A stretch of DNA of 63,300 nt, the filler included, from Octopus bimaculoides (taxonomy: Eukaryota), in the NCBI RefSeq assembly GCF_001194135.2. It is 6 parts of 5 records of this genome, joined end to end, with 100 filler letters (N's around TTAATTAATTAA, not from the genome) between each part and the next. Parts side by side here need not be neighbours in the genome. Positions count along the whole stretch, not along the records: positions 60,432 to 63,300 come from NC_068994.1; 5 more parts are not named here. The stretch is one strand, 5' to 3'. Of this stretch, positions 62,911 through 63,300 are shown piece by piece (the first letter of the stretch is position 1; every line of letters starts with the position of its first letter). The translations under genes and the position numbers were made by a program. Below the pieces are notes generated by a model that searched no databases, was not told the origin of the DNA, and worked only from the letters and a program-made list of their open reading frames with translations.

Positions 62911-63300
62911 AGGTGGCCTTGACCATGTTAATGGTGGTACGGGTAACTACCTCAGCGGCCACCTGATGTGCATGCAGAAAAGGATCTCTCCCGTACGCAT
63001 GCACGATCCAGGAGCCTTTCAACTTCCCTCCCCCTGATGTACAGGAGGGTAAGTTCCTCCTCCTCAGAGGAAGAGTCTTCTGACAGCGGCACCGTTCCCG
63101 CTGGCAGCTTCTCTTTCTCCGGTGGCACAATTCGTACCGGAGGGGTGGCGGGTTCGGTCGGCGGCACAGTACTTTCCACCGACCGTCTCCCGTTTTTTTT
63201 CTTTTTTCTTTTTTTCTTCCTTTCTTCTGCGGGAGCTGGGCCTCCATCTGCACACCCGAGTGACCCTCCTCTTCTCCCGCAGCCTTTACTGGTGAGCAAC
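62911..63300 (-). mobile_element. GC-rich coding-like fragment, probably LINE ORF1 C-terminus and ORF2 start
   Basis: Basic then Pro/acidic peptide (ERKKKRKKKK..PPTEPATPP..EDSSSEEEELTLLYIRGREVERLLDRACVRERSF..*), followed closely by ATG GTC AAG GCC ACC; GC content well above the flanks. Confidence 0.4.

Overview
Eukaryotic, AT-rich, microsatellite- and transposon-dense animal DNA. The SINE, MITE and LINE families resemble those of octopus genomes (inferred from recognition, no search run). The window is not one contiguous locus. Five identical 100-bp spacers (N44-TTAATTAATTAA-N44) join six pieces: 1-20771, 20872-33741, 33842-48855, 48956-58467, 58568-60331 and 60432-63300. The only confidently identified gene is WDR13, present as its last two coding exons (22126-22244 and 23723-23919, + strand). 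Piece 1 also has phase-compatible minus-strand exon candidates for a protein I cannot name. The most unusual feature is a CpG-saturated ACGA/ACGT mosaic satellite of at least 8.6 kb (25161-33741), with higher-order units of about 0.6-1.2 kb and an internal inversion. The rest is tRNA-derived SINEs of several families, Penelope-like fragments, R4/Dong and L1/Tx1 LINE fragments, a mariner fragment, a Tc1 fragment with D36E spacing, TTAA MITEs, foldback hairpins and hammerhead-ribozyme-like motifs. Almost all ORFs in the supplied track are artefacts of simple repeats or N runs. I found no convincing novel multi-gene system. The best leads are the satellite, the hammerhead motifs, the DD36E transposase, the TAA-linked retroelement stack and the unidentified gene. 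Boundaries of decayed repeats are approximate.
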